A stretch of DNA of 60,934 nucleotides, filler included, from 6 parts of 6 records of this genome joined end to end with filler, not necessarily neighbours in it, one strand, 5' to 3'. Shown: positions 19,205 to 30,656, counted from the first letter of the whole stretch. The notes: generated by a model not told the origin, from the sequence alone. Numbers and translations: made by a program.

Positions 19205-20337
19205 ATGGCCTCTCCCGTGCGCGGTTCGGTTCCGCTGGCCGACTTGTATTCCACCCCGGTGCGGCCAACCCGGCGCGATCGGACTCCCACCCGGAGCAGC
19301 CCAGCTCGTAGCCGCATGAGCCCGGGCCGGAGCCGAAGCCGGAGCCGGAGCCCGGGCCGGTCTCGGCAGGCGGTGGAACAGGGCTGGTTCTCCCCAGGCC
19401 GGAACGCGGACGGCGAGCTGACCAAGCCCTGGCTGGACGTGAGCGAGTGGGTCGGGGAGCAGGACGAGATGCAGCTGCTGGCCATAGCCGCCGCTGGGCT
19501 GGTGGCGCTTGTGGCTTTGCTGTGCATGACCAGTGGGTTCCTATCGCCCTACTCGCCGCCGGCCAGCCTCGACGGCCCGTCTGGGTGCTGCTTCGGGTTC
19601 AGAAACCGGCAATACACGATCGTGGAGGACTACGTGACGGATGAGCAAGGCCGGGCCCCGACCGGGGACGCACACGGGCTGACTACTACAACAGTCGTCT
19701 CGGACGAAGCCCGCAACCAACGGATCACTAGTCGGACCCCTTTCCGGGACAGCGTACTGGGCACGTGGGAATACCTGTCGGATGAGCTCTACCTGAGTGA
19801 GGCGGACCGCACGCTCACGATTAAGGGGGTGGTGTGGTCGAATGGCACACGCGCGCTGGTCTGCAACACTCTGCCTGGCAACAGACTGGACGGGCCGATC
19901 ACGCAGATGTGCTTCGGAACGGCCTCCAACGGATCGGATCCGACCCAGTTCGACACCAACTCGAGCTTCCTGCGCAACACCACGGCAGGAGGGGTCGAGA
20001 TGCAGCTGTATGGCGGGATGCTGAATGGGTGCGTCAACAGGTACGTACTGTACTATACTATACTATACTGAATGGGTGCGTGAGCAGGTACGTTGTTGGG
20101 CCTGGCTGCATGCTGCTCTCCAACCAGCAGATCGAGTGCGGGAGAGGGGTAGGCGACAGTGCGTACCAGATGATGTTTAGTGACATTCAGCCAGCTCGGG
20201 ACGAGCCTCACACGTTTGAGGTGCCCGGTGAATGTTACAAGACTCCGAACCCTGCGATCGATGCGGTGACCGCCGATATGGTTCAACGGCTGATGGGCCC
20301 CAACTTCAAGCCGAGGCTTTGGGCACGACCGCACTAG
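19205..20337 (+). CDS. Ependymin-related protein with an RS-rich N-terminus and TM anchor (one intron, 20041-20087)
   Basis: TM helix followed by conserved-looking Cys spacing (GCC...VCN...MCF...GCM) and the C-terminal FSDIQ...DEPHTFEVPGEC motif typical of ependymin/EPDR proteins. Confidence 0.65.
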
Positions 20338-20987
20338 GCTGGTCCATAGGCAGCAGATGCACATTGGTTAGTTGTTGCTTTCGCTGTTTGAGACGGAGAG
20401 CGCATTCACGTTGGCCTAGTATACCAAGGTGTGTCGGAGGATAGATCGACCTCTCACCAAACTCCTGGAGGAAAGTTCAAAGGGACAGCTTATTGATTAA
20501 AGCTTATTATAATAATGCTCAATTCTGATTCGCATATCAGATACGTACTCGTTCTTATTCAACCCCCTCCTATTTTGAGCAGTCAAATAACGGATCGCGT
20601 CCATGCACTGTTGCATCGTCCACGCCTCTCCTCACGCCCGGCTGCCTCTTCGCCGCCGTACTTGCGCCTTGAGGCTCAGCAGGCGCCCGCTGCCTTCTCG
20701 CAGCCGTGGGATGCGTGCACTGTCTGGCCGATCGGCCGCGCCAGCAGCTCGCCGCGAGACAGCCCGAGGTCGGTTGGCTGCTCCCCACTCACTTTGTCAG
20801 CAGTCCGTAGAGCCAGCACAGCAGGACTGCGCTGCTGAGTAACAGCACCAGCCCGCGCAGCTCGGCCCTGGCCTGTGCCGCCTCCCGCCCGGAGCTGAAC
20901 GCAGTGAACACCCGCCCGCAGAGCTTGAACCCGTCTGCACCTCCCGTAGACAGGGCGAGCCAGGGCGCTTCATCACCCTGTCCAACC

Positions 20988-22935
20988 ATGTCGCAGTCCC
21001 AACGGCAATTGCAAGTTTCGGGCCGAGGCTCCTCAGGCGAAATGACAGACCGGAGCCAGCGCGCAATCGAGGGCTGGAAGACCCGGCGGCAGCGCGAGGC
21101 CAACCCACCCCCGGCCGCTCCCCCGCCCAAGCCCGACAAGCGCCGGTTGCTCCCGAGCAAACCTTCCGCCGTGGTGAGCCGCCCACGCCCCGGCTTGGCT
21201 TCACCCCGCGCGCAGGCGATCCCGCCGGTGGCAGCCAAGCCGCGCAAGTTCAAGAAGCCGGCCTCCCAGCCGCCGGCGTTCTTGGTCGCGAGCCGGGCCG
21301 AGGAGAGGCTGCAGAGCCGGGTGGCCGACTACGGGGCGCATGAACTTCTCCGGCTGCTTTCCAGCGGCGAGCAGTACAAGCGACGGGTGGCGCTGGACGA
21401 GCTGACCGACCGGCTCGAGGCACCGGCCCGGGGCGTTTGGGGCCGCGAGCCGGCCGGGCAGAACGACGAAGTGTCGGCGCAGGAGCTGTGGGACTTGGGC
21501 GCCATCGAGGCTTGCTTCCGGCTTCTCGGACAGAGCGGGTGGCCCGGGGAGGGGGGGGAGCCCTGAGCGCGGGACAGGTATCCGGCGGCCCGGCTGGCCA
21601 GCTGCCGGTTGCTCACGGAGCTGGTCAAGTGCCGCCCGGCAGTGGGGCTAGCGATGGTTAGGGCCGGCCTCATCCCACTCGTTCTTCCAATGTTCCAGTG
21701 CCACTCGATTGAAATGCGCCGGGCGGCCAAGCGGCTGCTGTACACTCTGAGCCCGTCGGCGCTCTCCGGGAGCACACTCAAGGCCCTGCAGCCGATTCTG
21801 AAGCCGCCTGCCACGGCGCTCGCCACGAGTCAGGCGGCTACACCAGGAGAGGAGCTCTACCCTGAGATTCGGCTGATCATGCACGCGTATGGCGACCACC
21901 CGATCCCGGAGCAGTGCTGCGTGGCCGCGGTCAACTCCATCGCCCGCCGCTTCGTCTCTGAGCTGCATGAAGCTGCTCTCGGACCGCGCAGCCGGCACCG
22001 GCACCGCGACACGTCGGCAGGCCCACTTCCGAGCGAGGCATTTATACCGGCTGGCGCGAGGCCGATCTGGTGGGGCAGGTTGCGCGGCTTGTGCCCGAGT
22101 ACGCCGTTCGGTTCAAGGAGCTGAAGGAGCGCTCGCAGGAGGTTTGGCTCGGGTCGCAGGCGCTCGTGGCCGACGGAGGAGCTCTGCAGCAGGACAGAAA
22201 GTTTGGGGAGAGGGTCCAGTTCGCGAAGGAGCGGCTAGAGGCGGCCGGTGTCGGCTCGAGCGCGGCTGGCAAGCTGCTGACGGCCTTGAACAGCAGCCTG
22301 AGCCTGAAGAAGGATAAGTTCCGACGGTGGGCCGGACTCAGGCTGGGGTCGGCTCGGCTGGTGGAGTTGTTAGGGTTTATGGCGCAGCAACGAGCGGCGG
22401 GGACGATCACTGAGGCGGTCCGGTGCCAGGCGGCCGGATCGGATAGGTCAGGCGTGCCGGGGCGAGGCTGATCAGCAGGCAGGTGCTCGAGCAAGACAAT
22501 GCTGATGCCACTGGACGCCGATGAGAAACTGTATATCGATAAAGTCCTGCTGGGCGCGGCCAAGTCGGCGCCCAAGATCGGGCGGGACTGGGCAAAGGAC
22601 GCGCCACAGGTTCCCGGCTGCCTTGGGCTGGGCTGAGTCTTTGAGTGTAGATCGATTTTAGCTGGTTTGATGATGACGAATCAGTCAAGAAACGGAAGCT
22701 GTCGGAAGCTGGAACCGCGGCGGGCAAGAAACGGAAGCTAGCCAGCAAGAAAGCGGCGAGTGAGAAGCCGCAGTTCTGTTTCTGCCGGCAGCCCGAATTC
22801 GGATTTATGATAGGATGTGACCTGTGCGGTGAGTGGTTTCATGGCAAGTGCGTCGGGCTGACAAAGCGGCACGAGACTGGCCGCACCTGGAAGTGCCCGT
22901 TCTGCCGTGGGGTGCGCAAGCGGCCGGATGAGTAG
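20988..22935 (+). CDS. ARM-like repeats + Spt3/TAF13-type histone folds + C-terminal PHD finger, multi-exon
   Basis: First fold YPEIRLIMHAYGDHPIP...VNSIARRFV; second fold KFRRWAGL...LVELLGFMA; PHD QFCFCRQPEFGFMIGCDLCGEWFHGKCVG...WKCPFC. GC-AG intron at 22038-22078. Confidence 0.7.
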
Positions 22936-23206
22936 GGCAGCTCGCCTTTGCAAAAGCGTGTTCAAAGCGCGTGATGCCGAAGAGATTTCCGCTTAGACTT
23001 TTTATATTAATTAAGTCTTGTACATTAATAAAATTAAGAACAATCGGGACGAACCACAATCATAACCGTCGAACCACAATCTATAGTAACACTACCTAGT
23101 ACAAGAGCTATACGATTCATCACACTATGTTTGTGGGCCTTTTTTGAATTTCGATTAATCAGTCGAGGTTTGCTATTTGAATCGTCATTCGTCCCAAGTC
23201 ATCCAT

Positions 23207-24943
23207 TCAAGGTTCGTCTCGCGGGCCGATGCTGGTGCACTTGCTTTCATTGACGATGGAGCGAAGCACCGAGGCGTACCACGTCGAGAAGTTGGCTTGG
23301 ATTGCACTAAAGACTTTGGGTAGTTGCTTCGAGAGGTCCGTGTGCTCGCCGAGGTCGGCAGCCAGGTCGAAGAGCATCGGCTTTCTGCAATCCGGGTGGG
23401 AGCAGCTCCTTGAATTCCGCACGTACTTGTACTGGCCATAACGGAAGCCCAAGTGCGAGTTCTTGTCACCAACCGCGTCCCAACCGTTGTACATCCAGCC
23501 CATTGGGTGGGGAGCCATCACGTTCTTACCGTCCGCGTACACTGTTCGGGTCTGCTTATCAAACATAGAAACAGGAGCCCGCAGGAGCGGCAAGATCGAT
23601 CGTCCATCCACACCCCAGTCGCTCTGGCTCGCAGGGCGGCTCACATTGAGCACATCCACGATTGTGGCAAAGAAGTCTGAGGTAGTCACCATCTCCCACG
23701 ACTCGCGGCCTCTCTCGCCAGCCACCACCGCAGGCCAAGAGATGATCGACGGGATCCGGTGGCCTCCTTCCCAGATGTCCCGTTTTCGGCCTCGGAGTGG
23801 GTCGGCCACGCCAGGCGCCTCCACGTAGTGAGACTTGGGACAGCGCCCCTCGGGCTGGCAGTTCACCTCAGGGCCGTTGTCAGTAGCCAGCCAGGTTAAG
23901 GTGTTCTGGCCGTAGCCATGGTTGTCCAGATGGTCGAGCACTGCTCCAACCGCCCCATCCAGTTCGTTAAGACAGGCGTAGAAGTCAAGCTGGGCAGACG
24001 AGAGCTTGGCGAGCGGGCCCGATGCAGCGGATTCAGTACAAGTGGTGCCGTTACGGCAGAGCTCGCGCTGATGCGGAGTACCGACGAACGGTATGTGGCA
24101 GTTGTGGAAGGAGAGCTGGGCGACGAATGGTCGGCCAGTGAGCCCATCGAGAAAGCGGCCGAATGAGTCGGCCACATAGTCCTCGGCCTCGTTGCCCGGG
24201 ACCGGTGAGCTGAGGTTCATGACCCCATGCGGCTGATCGGCGTCGTTCCACCAGTAGTTGAAGCAGCAGCCATCACCGGCGTCGGGATCAGGGCCCGGCC
24301 CGCCTTGACAGTGGGTTCCGGGCTCGTTGTGGCCGAAGAAGCAGCTGTCAGCCCACTCCTTCTTGCATTGGCAGTTGGTATACCCGGTGGGGGCCACCTC
24401 CACCGTACTGTTGAACCGGTCGAAGCCGTGGGTAACCGGCGAGGAGGTCTTGCCGCCACTCGCCTCGGAGTCGTTGAAGAACGACCCCAGGTGCCACTTG
24501 GCCCAGTGCGATGACACATACTCGCGAGAAGCGGCGCGCGCTGCGTCGCCGATGGTGAAGGTGCGCTGTGGGGCAAACTCGAAATCGGGCACGCACTCGG
24601 TCATGTCTGAGCAGCCGTATACCCCATTGACACAGTCGCGTAGCGGTGTACGCCCGGTCAGGACAGATGCTCGGGTGGGTGAGCACACCGTGCCAGCCGA
24701 GTGCGAGTCCTGCATCAGGACTGAGCCGGCGCGCTGGGCCCAGGCGGCCATCCTAGGAGTGTTGGCTGTGCCCCCGTTCCATGCCATGTCCGCCCAACCG
24801 ATGTCATCTCCAAGCAGGAAGAGGAAGGAGGGCAGGCGGGATCTCGCAGTACCAGATTCATGCTGAGCGGGGCGGCCGACTCGGGCAGCGGCGGACGCCC
24901 CCGCTGCGAGCACACACGAGAGGAGCACACGAGAAGCGGGCAT
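23207..24943 (-). CDS. Secreted formylglycine-dependent sulfatase (arylsulfatase family)
   Basis: Signal peptide, FLLGDDIGW, CSPTRASVLTG (CxPxR), KWHLG, TDNG and GRKRDIWEGGHRIP. Confidence 0.93.
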   Translation of the reverse strand: MPASRVLLSCVLAAGASAAARVGRPAQHESGTARSRLPSFLFLLGDDIGWADMAWNGGTANTPRMAAWAQRAGSVLMQDSHSAGTVCSPTRASVLTGRTPLRDCVNGVYGCSDMTECVPDFEFAPQRTFTIGDAARAASREYVSSHWAKWHLGSFFNDSEASGGKTSSPVTHGFDRFNSTVEVAPTGYTNCQCKKEWADSCFFGHNEPGTHCQGGPGPDPDAGDGCCFNYWWNDADQPHGVMNLSSPVPGNEAEDYVADSFGRFLDGLTGRPFVAQLSFHNCHIPFVGTPHQRELCRNGTTCTESAASGPLAKLSSAQLDFYACLNELDGAVGAVLDHLDNHGYGQNTLTWLATDNGPEVNCQPEGRCPKSHYVEAPGVADPLRGRKRDIWEGGHRIPSIISWPAVVAGERGRESWEMVTTSDFFATIVDVLNVSRPASQSDWGVDGRSILPLLRAPVSMFDKQTRTVYADGKNVMAPHPMGWMYNGWDAVGDKNSHLGFRYGQYKYVRNSRSCSHPDCRKPMLFDLAADLGEHTDLSKQLPKVFSAIQANFSTWYASVLRSIVNESKCTSIGPRDEP

Positions 24944-25108
24944 TGCTGCCGTTATAATCTGCGCCGGTCTTCGGGAACAACGTTCGGTTGGCAACCGGCA
25001 GTGAGACACTCGCCAGGTCTCTTGATCGCTAATTTGGCAGTACGACGCCAAACTGGATTACACGAAACGAAATGGATTGCGTGTGAGAGAGGGACGAATC
25101 GCTCGTTG

Positions 25109-26504
25109 ATGGGCAAGGGAGGCGACGCCGACTGCGGCGGGTGCGACTGCGGGGGATGCAACTTCGGGTCGTACGAATGCCGCGGCTGCAACGCCTGTTG
25201 CCACTGTGACAACTGTGACTGGTGCGCCCGGCCGGCGGGCCAGATGCGGCTAACCTGATTTTGCTCAGCGGCGGATGCAAGTGCTGCACCAGCTGGCTTT
25301 GGTGCTGCGACTGCAACTGCGCCCGCTGCCAAGGTGTCTGGCCGGCCCAACCGCCGTCCGCTCACCCGGCCCGCCAGATTGCGACTTTCGGAGCCGGTTG
25401 TGTGAATGTGTTTACTTTGGAGGCGATGCAGCGTGCGAGTGCGCCTGTTGCGGGCTCGGCGGATGCGAGTTCGCCGAGAATTGCGGCAGTTCTTGCATCC
25501 GCGGCTGCTGCTTTATCAACGTGTGCGCTGCCGATGGCGATCGGCTGTGCTCCCGGATCTGCGCCACCCGAAGCACTGCGGACACGAAGGGCAAGGGCTG
25601 CGTGGTCTGTGACTGCCAGGAATGCGAATACGAGTGCGGAATGGCCCGGTGATACCCCCCTCCCCGGCCCCCCACAACTGTGGAGTCCGATCGGACCTGG
25701 CAGGTGCTGCAACTGCGACCACGAATTCAGTGACGTGGACTGGCTTAAGCCTGGTCAGACGTTTGAAGCGACCACCTGGTGCAACTGGGGCCTCCAGTTC
25801 TGCGCAGACTGCCCCGTGTGCGGGTGCGCGGCTCGCGGGCCAGCCGGCTCACCAGTGAATCGGCAGCTACTATCAGAATCACGGCTGTGTGTACTTTTGG
25901 GAGACTCCAAATGCTCCGCTCGGCTGCTGCTGCTTTGGATTCGATATGGAGTTCTGCAGCTGCATGAAAGACACCCGGACTGAGCGAATGCAGCCGGCCC
26001 CGGGCCAGCAGACCATCACCACCAAAAGGGCAGGGCAAGTCACACCTCGCCGGCTGTGCTGCTGCTGCGACTGCATTGAAGGGACGTACTTCTCTACTCT
26101 CCAGTGCCTCGATACGCCCACCGCCGTCTCCATGCTGGCTTGCTGCACTTGCTGTCCACTGTGTCAAGCCTCCACCGACTCAGAGGAGCTGAATGTGCTC
26201 CTCAACGAGCGTGCGGTGGGTGCTGCTCTCCTGTCTGAGCTCACGCGGGTCCAGGCCATCGAAGTGGTTCGGTCAGGAATGTGCCTCTCAACATGCTTCT
26301 GCCTGGGTGCTTTCTGCCCTCCCAGCTCAATGATCGGCCTGCGCAGGGTGCGCCCCCGGCTCATTCTGCGACCAGTATTTCCTGATCAACCTCGGGCGCT
26401 GCCTGACTTGCTCGCTCGATGGCCAGTGCATGTGGGGCAAGTTTTGCTGCGATGAATCTGTTTGTCCCAAGTACGCCCTCCGCAAAGACTCCCGGCGAGT
26501 GGAG
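25109..26504 (+). CDS. Extremely Cys-rich protein with PLAC8-like domains, multi-exon, 3'-truncated by contig end
   Basis: Spliced reading MGKGGDADCGGCDCGGC...CECACCGLGGC... then YFSTLQCLDTP...LACCTCCPLCQ...CLSTCFCLG...LRR, which is the PLAC8 pattern. Confidence 0.65.
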
Positions 26505-26604
26505 NNNNNNNNNNNNNNNNNNNNNNNNNNNNNNNNNNNNNNNNNNNNTTAATTAATTAANNNNNNNNNNNNNNNNNNNNNNNNNNNNNNNNNNNNNNNN
26601 NNNN
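26505..26604. other. Artificial contig-joining linker
   Basis: 44 N + TTAATTAATTAA + 44 N. Confidence 0.98.
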
Positions 26605-26842
26605 AAGCTCAACTGAGTAAAGCTTATTGCAACCAGCGCTTGGCATCGTAGCGCTATCGTAGCGCGACGCCTAGGCTTGTTACTAGTAAACAAAAATGTA
26701 CAAATGGTTTGCCATAGCTTGCATAGCATGGCACTGAGTCATGCTTTGATCCATCGGTTGATTGATAGACTCCAATCTTGAGTCGGCCTGCAGCACTTTA
26801 CATTCATCACTGCATTACTTCACTGCCGCTGTTGCCAGCAAT

Positions 26843-28594
26843 TTAATCCAGCATCTGCTGGAGCAGGTCCTTGATGTGATTCAGATTCTTCTCCAGCGAA
26901 CTAACACGGAACTCGACATCTTGCAAGGCAGAGTACATCGATGGCTCTGTTGCTTCCTCGCCCTCCACAATCCCCAGGGTTTTCCTTTTAAGCATTGACA
27001 CCATCTGGAGATTCTGCATCGAATCATCTTCTGCATGGCTGTCGCCGTGCTCTGCAAGCGCCGCCAAGTCGCCACTGGCTCCACTCATTTTGTTGAACAT
27101 CGAGACAGCGGCTGAGTAGTACTCAGATTGCAGCTTCCGCTGCTCATCAGGTGGCATATCTGTGCTTGACTTGACTGCCAGGTAGCGCCACCAGTACGCC
27201 AGGTAGTCAGTGGCAGCATTTCTCTCTTTTTCCTTGAGCTGGTGCTCTCGCAGCCAATCGAGGGCATAGCTCTCGTTGCTTGTCAGTGCCAAAGCATTAA
27301 ATACCACAGCAATAGCAAGGGAAAGTACAATGATACCAAAGAACATCACGCACATGGACACAATCTGGCCAAACTCCGTCTTGGCACCCATATTGTTGTA
27401 GCCGCACAGAAGCGACTGATAGATTGTGAACCAAACAGAGTCCTTGAGGGTGAAAATGTGGGGCTGAAAGTCGCGCTCTGACACAAATGTGCAGTATGAC
27501 AGAATTACGGTGCCAATGATGAGAATGACGAACACCGAGAGCGCTTCTTTATGCAGGTACAGCTTCTTGCATGCCAATTTGTAGTTGATCTCCGCACCAC
27601 CACGGTCCCGATACCCTCCCAAGTATACGAGCCGACGGCGCTCGTAGATGTTGGAGTAGTCCCGAATCACACGAATCCACAGGTACAGCCGCAGGCACAT
27701 GAACACTTGCAGCTTGTCGCTGATGAACGGCTTCTTTAGACCAGGATTAACGTTTGTCTTGCCCTCTGGAACTGTCCAGTATCGAAAGTCTACCCCTGGT
27801 GGCACGTGGATGAAGAGAACTACCAGCTCGATAATGAATGCGAGCCATAGATGGGAGGAGAGGATGCCGCGGGGCAAGTTCCCAGGGCGCTTCCCATTGT
27901 ACAGCTGCACATACCAGTTCTTCTTGATGCCAATTACTTGGTAGTCGTAGTAGTCCCAGATCATATACACTGCACAAAGCAAATCACTCACAAGCAGACA
28001 CGATTCTTACAGAGCACGATCGTCAAAAAGGACTGCAAGCCCTTGATGATCCGCCCCCTCAGGGATCCTACGTTGTACATGTACTCCTCGGCGTCATACG
28101 CCAGCTCAATCTGGATGACCGCCAGGAGAATCGTGAACGTGCCCAGCAAAGCCATCCTCATATTCTTCCGTTTGACCACCTGCAGCGCTCGGTCAGGCTC
28201 TGACAGTGGCGCCTGGCGCAGCCACCCAATCGAACTCGGCCTCGAGCAGTGAGATTGGCTCTTCCGACTTGAAGTACACCCTGCCCAGTCGACAGCGACT
28301 GAGCCCCCCTTGCCAGGGGAGCCAACTGACCGCGGATTGGAGAACTCCGAGCTTCCGAACAGCAGGCTGCGCTCTATCGGCGGCTGGGCGTACGGCTGGT
28401 TCCGCTCGTCCTTGAGGATGTCGTCGATCTTGCTGTTATCCACGCCGTACATCGACTCCTCCACCACCACCTCGTCGCTGCCATCGAGCGTGGTGTTGAA
28501 GTTGGGCTGGACAAGCCGGTAAGTCCCCGGCCGCCTGGACCGGCCAGCGACGCACCTCGGGCCCATCGTAGTAACGAGGCGGCATTCCCTCCAT
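26843..28594 (-). CDS. SK/KCNN-like 6TM Ca/calmodulin-gated channel homologue with a non-canonical filter, multi-exon
   Basis: S3 ELVVLFIHVPPG, S4 MCLRLYLWIRV, pore SVWFTIYQSLLCGYNNMGAKTEFGQ, S6 followed by LALTSNE, CaM-binding-like ERNAATDYLAYWWRY and a C-terminal coiled coil. Start inferred through a short intron. Confidence 0.8.
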
Positions 28595-28662
28595 TGGCCC
28601 CCGGCAGCAAGCAGGTGGGCTCTGCACGCTGTTGGCTGAAACGCAAGCCAATAATCTCAGCA

Positions 28663-30450
28663 ATGGAGCTGCGCCGGCTTGGGCGGCCAGGGCTCGCGCT
28701 GTGTGCGCTGCTGGCGGTGGCGGTGCAGGTGGCGCGCTCGACCAACGGTGCGGACCGAGCGCGCGGGGGCTGGCTTGATCCTCCGGCGCTGGCAGGCGAC
28801 TTCCTCGAGCGCGGCCAGATGCGCGACGCGATGGACTCCTACCAGCCGTCCACCGGCGAGCAAAGTCGGACCCTGAGTGCTGCCGGGATCTACCAGCACC
28901 GTTCCCAGGCCGAGCAGGAGGCTCGTGCCCGAGAGTTGATGGCCGACAGCGAGATGGAGCAGGACCAGGTGCAGCAAGCAGCCGAACAATACCGCCACAA
29001 GCTCCAGGCTGGAAAGGAAGAGTCGCCAGAGCTTGGGGAAGGTCGCGAGAGCTCGGGCGATGGCGCATCCGGTGCCTCGGTTGAAGCCAAGCGCATTCGA
29101 CAGGCCATGCACCAGTATGATCAGAAGCAAATGAACCAGCAGGCTCAGGAGTCTGAGCCGGATCTTGGCGAGGGTGAGGAGGTCGTGCAGCACACGGAGC
29201 ACACAGCGGCGAATGATTTGACCGCCCGAGCGCGGTCCAAGGCAAAGGCGAGGGCCGCCGAGGCTGCCAAACATCAAGCTGCTGACCGTGCAAAGCAAAT
29301 AGCTGCTAAGGTGAAGAAGCTGGTCTCTGTTCAGCGCAACTTGGAGAAGAAAGCGTCAATGCCGCACCGTGGGATGGTCGATCTTAGAGAATCACAGGAT
29401 GCTACAGAGAAGATTACACAGGCAGCAAAGACCACAATGCAGGACAGCCTAGTTGCTCAAAAAATGGAAGCCGAGGCAGCCCAGTCGACTTTCCAAAACT
29501 TAATCGAACACGAGCGCGAGGAACAGCGCAAAGCAATCGAGCAGGAGCGGGAGAAGGGCAGCGCCATGCTAGCATCTGTGAAAAAGACGCTGCGGGAGAA
29601 GCAGAAGACGTTCCTGGCTCAAATGGCAAAAGCTGAAGAGAAGGCTGAGGCCAAGCTTGAACATACCCTAGCAGATACCAAGATCGCTCAAGCGCTCGAG
29701 ACGGCCGTTCAGCGCAAGCTATCAAAGAGAGTGCAAGAGCTGACCACTGCAGGGAAACAAGTTGTCGGTGGTGTCACTGACAGTGTCAACTCCCTGAAGA
29801 GGCGCGTTCGTCGACTGCGCAGATCACAGGAACGCATGAAGAGCGAACAGTCCACCATGCAGCAAACATTGAGCTCGCAAGCAGCAACACATCAAGGTCT
29901 AGGCGAGTCTTACCACAATCGGCATCTAGAGCAGGAGTTAGAGGAGATGCGGCTAATGCAGCGTCCACCACAGATTCCGCAGCAGGATAATTCTGCACAC
30001 GTCGAGAATATGCTGCTTAAGCAGCAGCTGAAACTTGCTGAGCAAAAGAATCAGCTACTCGAGAAGGCCTCGACTGGCGTGATGTACCAGCCACAGGCAC
30101 CTATAAAAGAGTACTCAGGGGATAGTATGCACAAGTTTTTCCAGAAACAAAAGCAACAGCGGCTGCTGAGACAACAGATAGCAAAGAAGGAAGAGAATTT
30201 GAATATGTTGAAGTCTCAGCTAAGGAAAGTAGGAACGCATTCAGAAAGTCGAGTTCCTCGAGAAGAGCCTCAATTGCAAGCAGACCTATTCTTGCAACTT
30301 GACGAGGGTGAAAGCTCCACAGAGGGTCCAGTCGCCGCTCCTCTTTACATGAAACACATGGACGAAGCGTATGAAGATATTGAGAGACTACGATCCCTGG
30401 CACAACAAAATTCGATTGAAGCTTCCAGCAGCGATGTAGAAGAGCCTTAG
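28663..30450 (+). CDS. Secreted Gln/Glu/Lys-rich coiled-coil protein with repeated xLGE motifs
   Basis: Signal peptide LALCALLAVAVQVA, heptad-rich body and intronless ORF. Confidence 0.8.
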   Translation: MELRRLGRPGLALCALLAVAVQVARSTNGADRARGGWLDPPALAGDFLERGQMRDAMDSYQPSTGEQSRTLSAAGIYQHRSQAEQEARARELMADSEMEQDQVQQAAEQYRHKLQAGKEESPELGEGRESSGDGASGASVEAKRIRQAMHQYDQKQMNQQAQESEPDLGEGEEVVQHTEHTAANDLTARARSKAKARAAEAAKHQAADRAKQIAAKVKKLVSVQRNLEKKASMPHRGMVDLRESQDATEKITQAAKTTMQDSLVAQKMEAEAAQSTFQNLIEHEREEQRKAIEQEREKGSAMLASVKKTLREKQKTFLAQMAKAEEKAEAKLEHTLADTKIAQALETAVQRKLSKRVQELTTAGKQVVGGVTDSVNSLKRRVRRLRRSQERMKSEQSTMQQTLSSQAATHQGLGESYHNRHLEQELEEMRLMQRPPQIPQQDNSAHVENMLLKQQLKLAEQKNQLLEKASTGVMYQPQAPIKEYSGDSMHKFFQKQKQQRLLRQQIAKKEENLNMLKSQLRKVGTHSESRVPREEPQLQADLFLQLDEGESSTEGPVAAPLYMKHMDEAYEDIERLRSLAQQNSIEASSSDVEEP

Positions 30451-30656
30451 CGCACCTTACATCACTTGATTTGCTCGCTTTTAGAGGTCTAGCAAACGCC
30501 AATAATAAAGTTTTGAAACAAAATTCCTGTGTGTTTTCTTTAATTAATCATACCAGACTCACTGCATCACCGTGCCTGACCCTAAATTCCACTTCCCACT
30601 TTAAATACTAGTTACTAACCCACTTCAGTGTGCACATCTTTATACTCTTAATGCCG

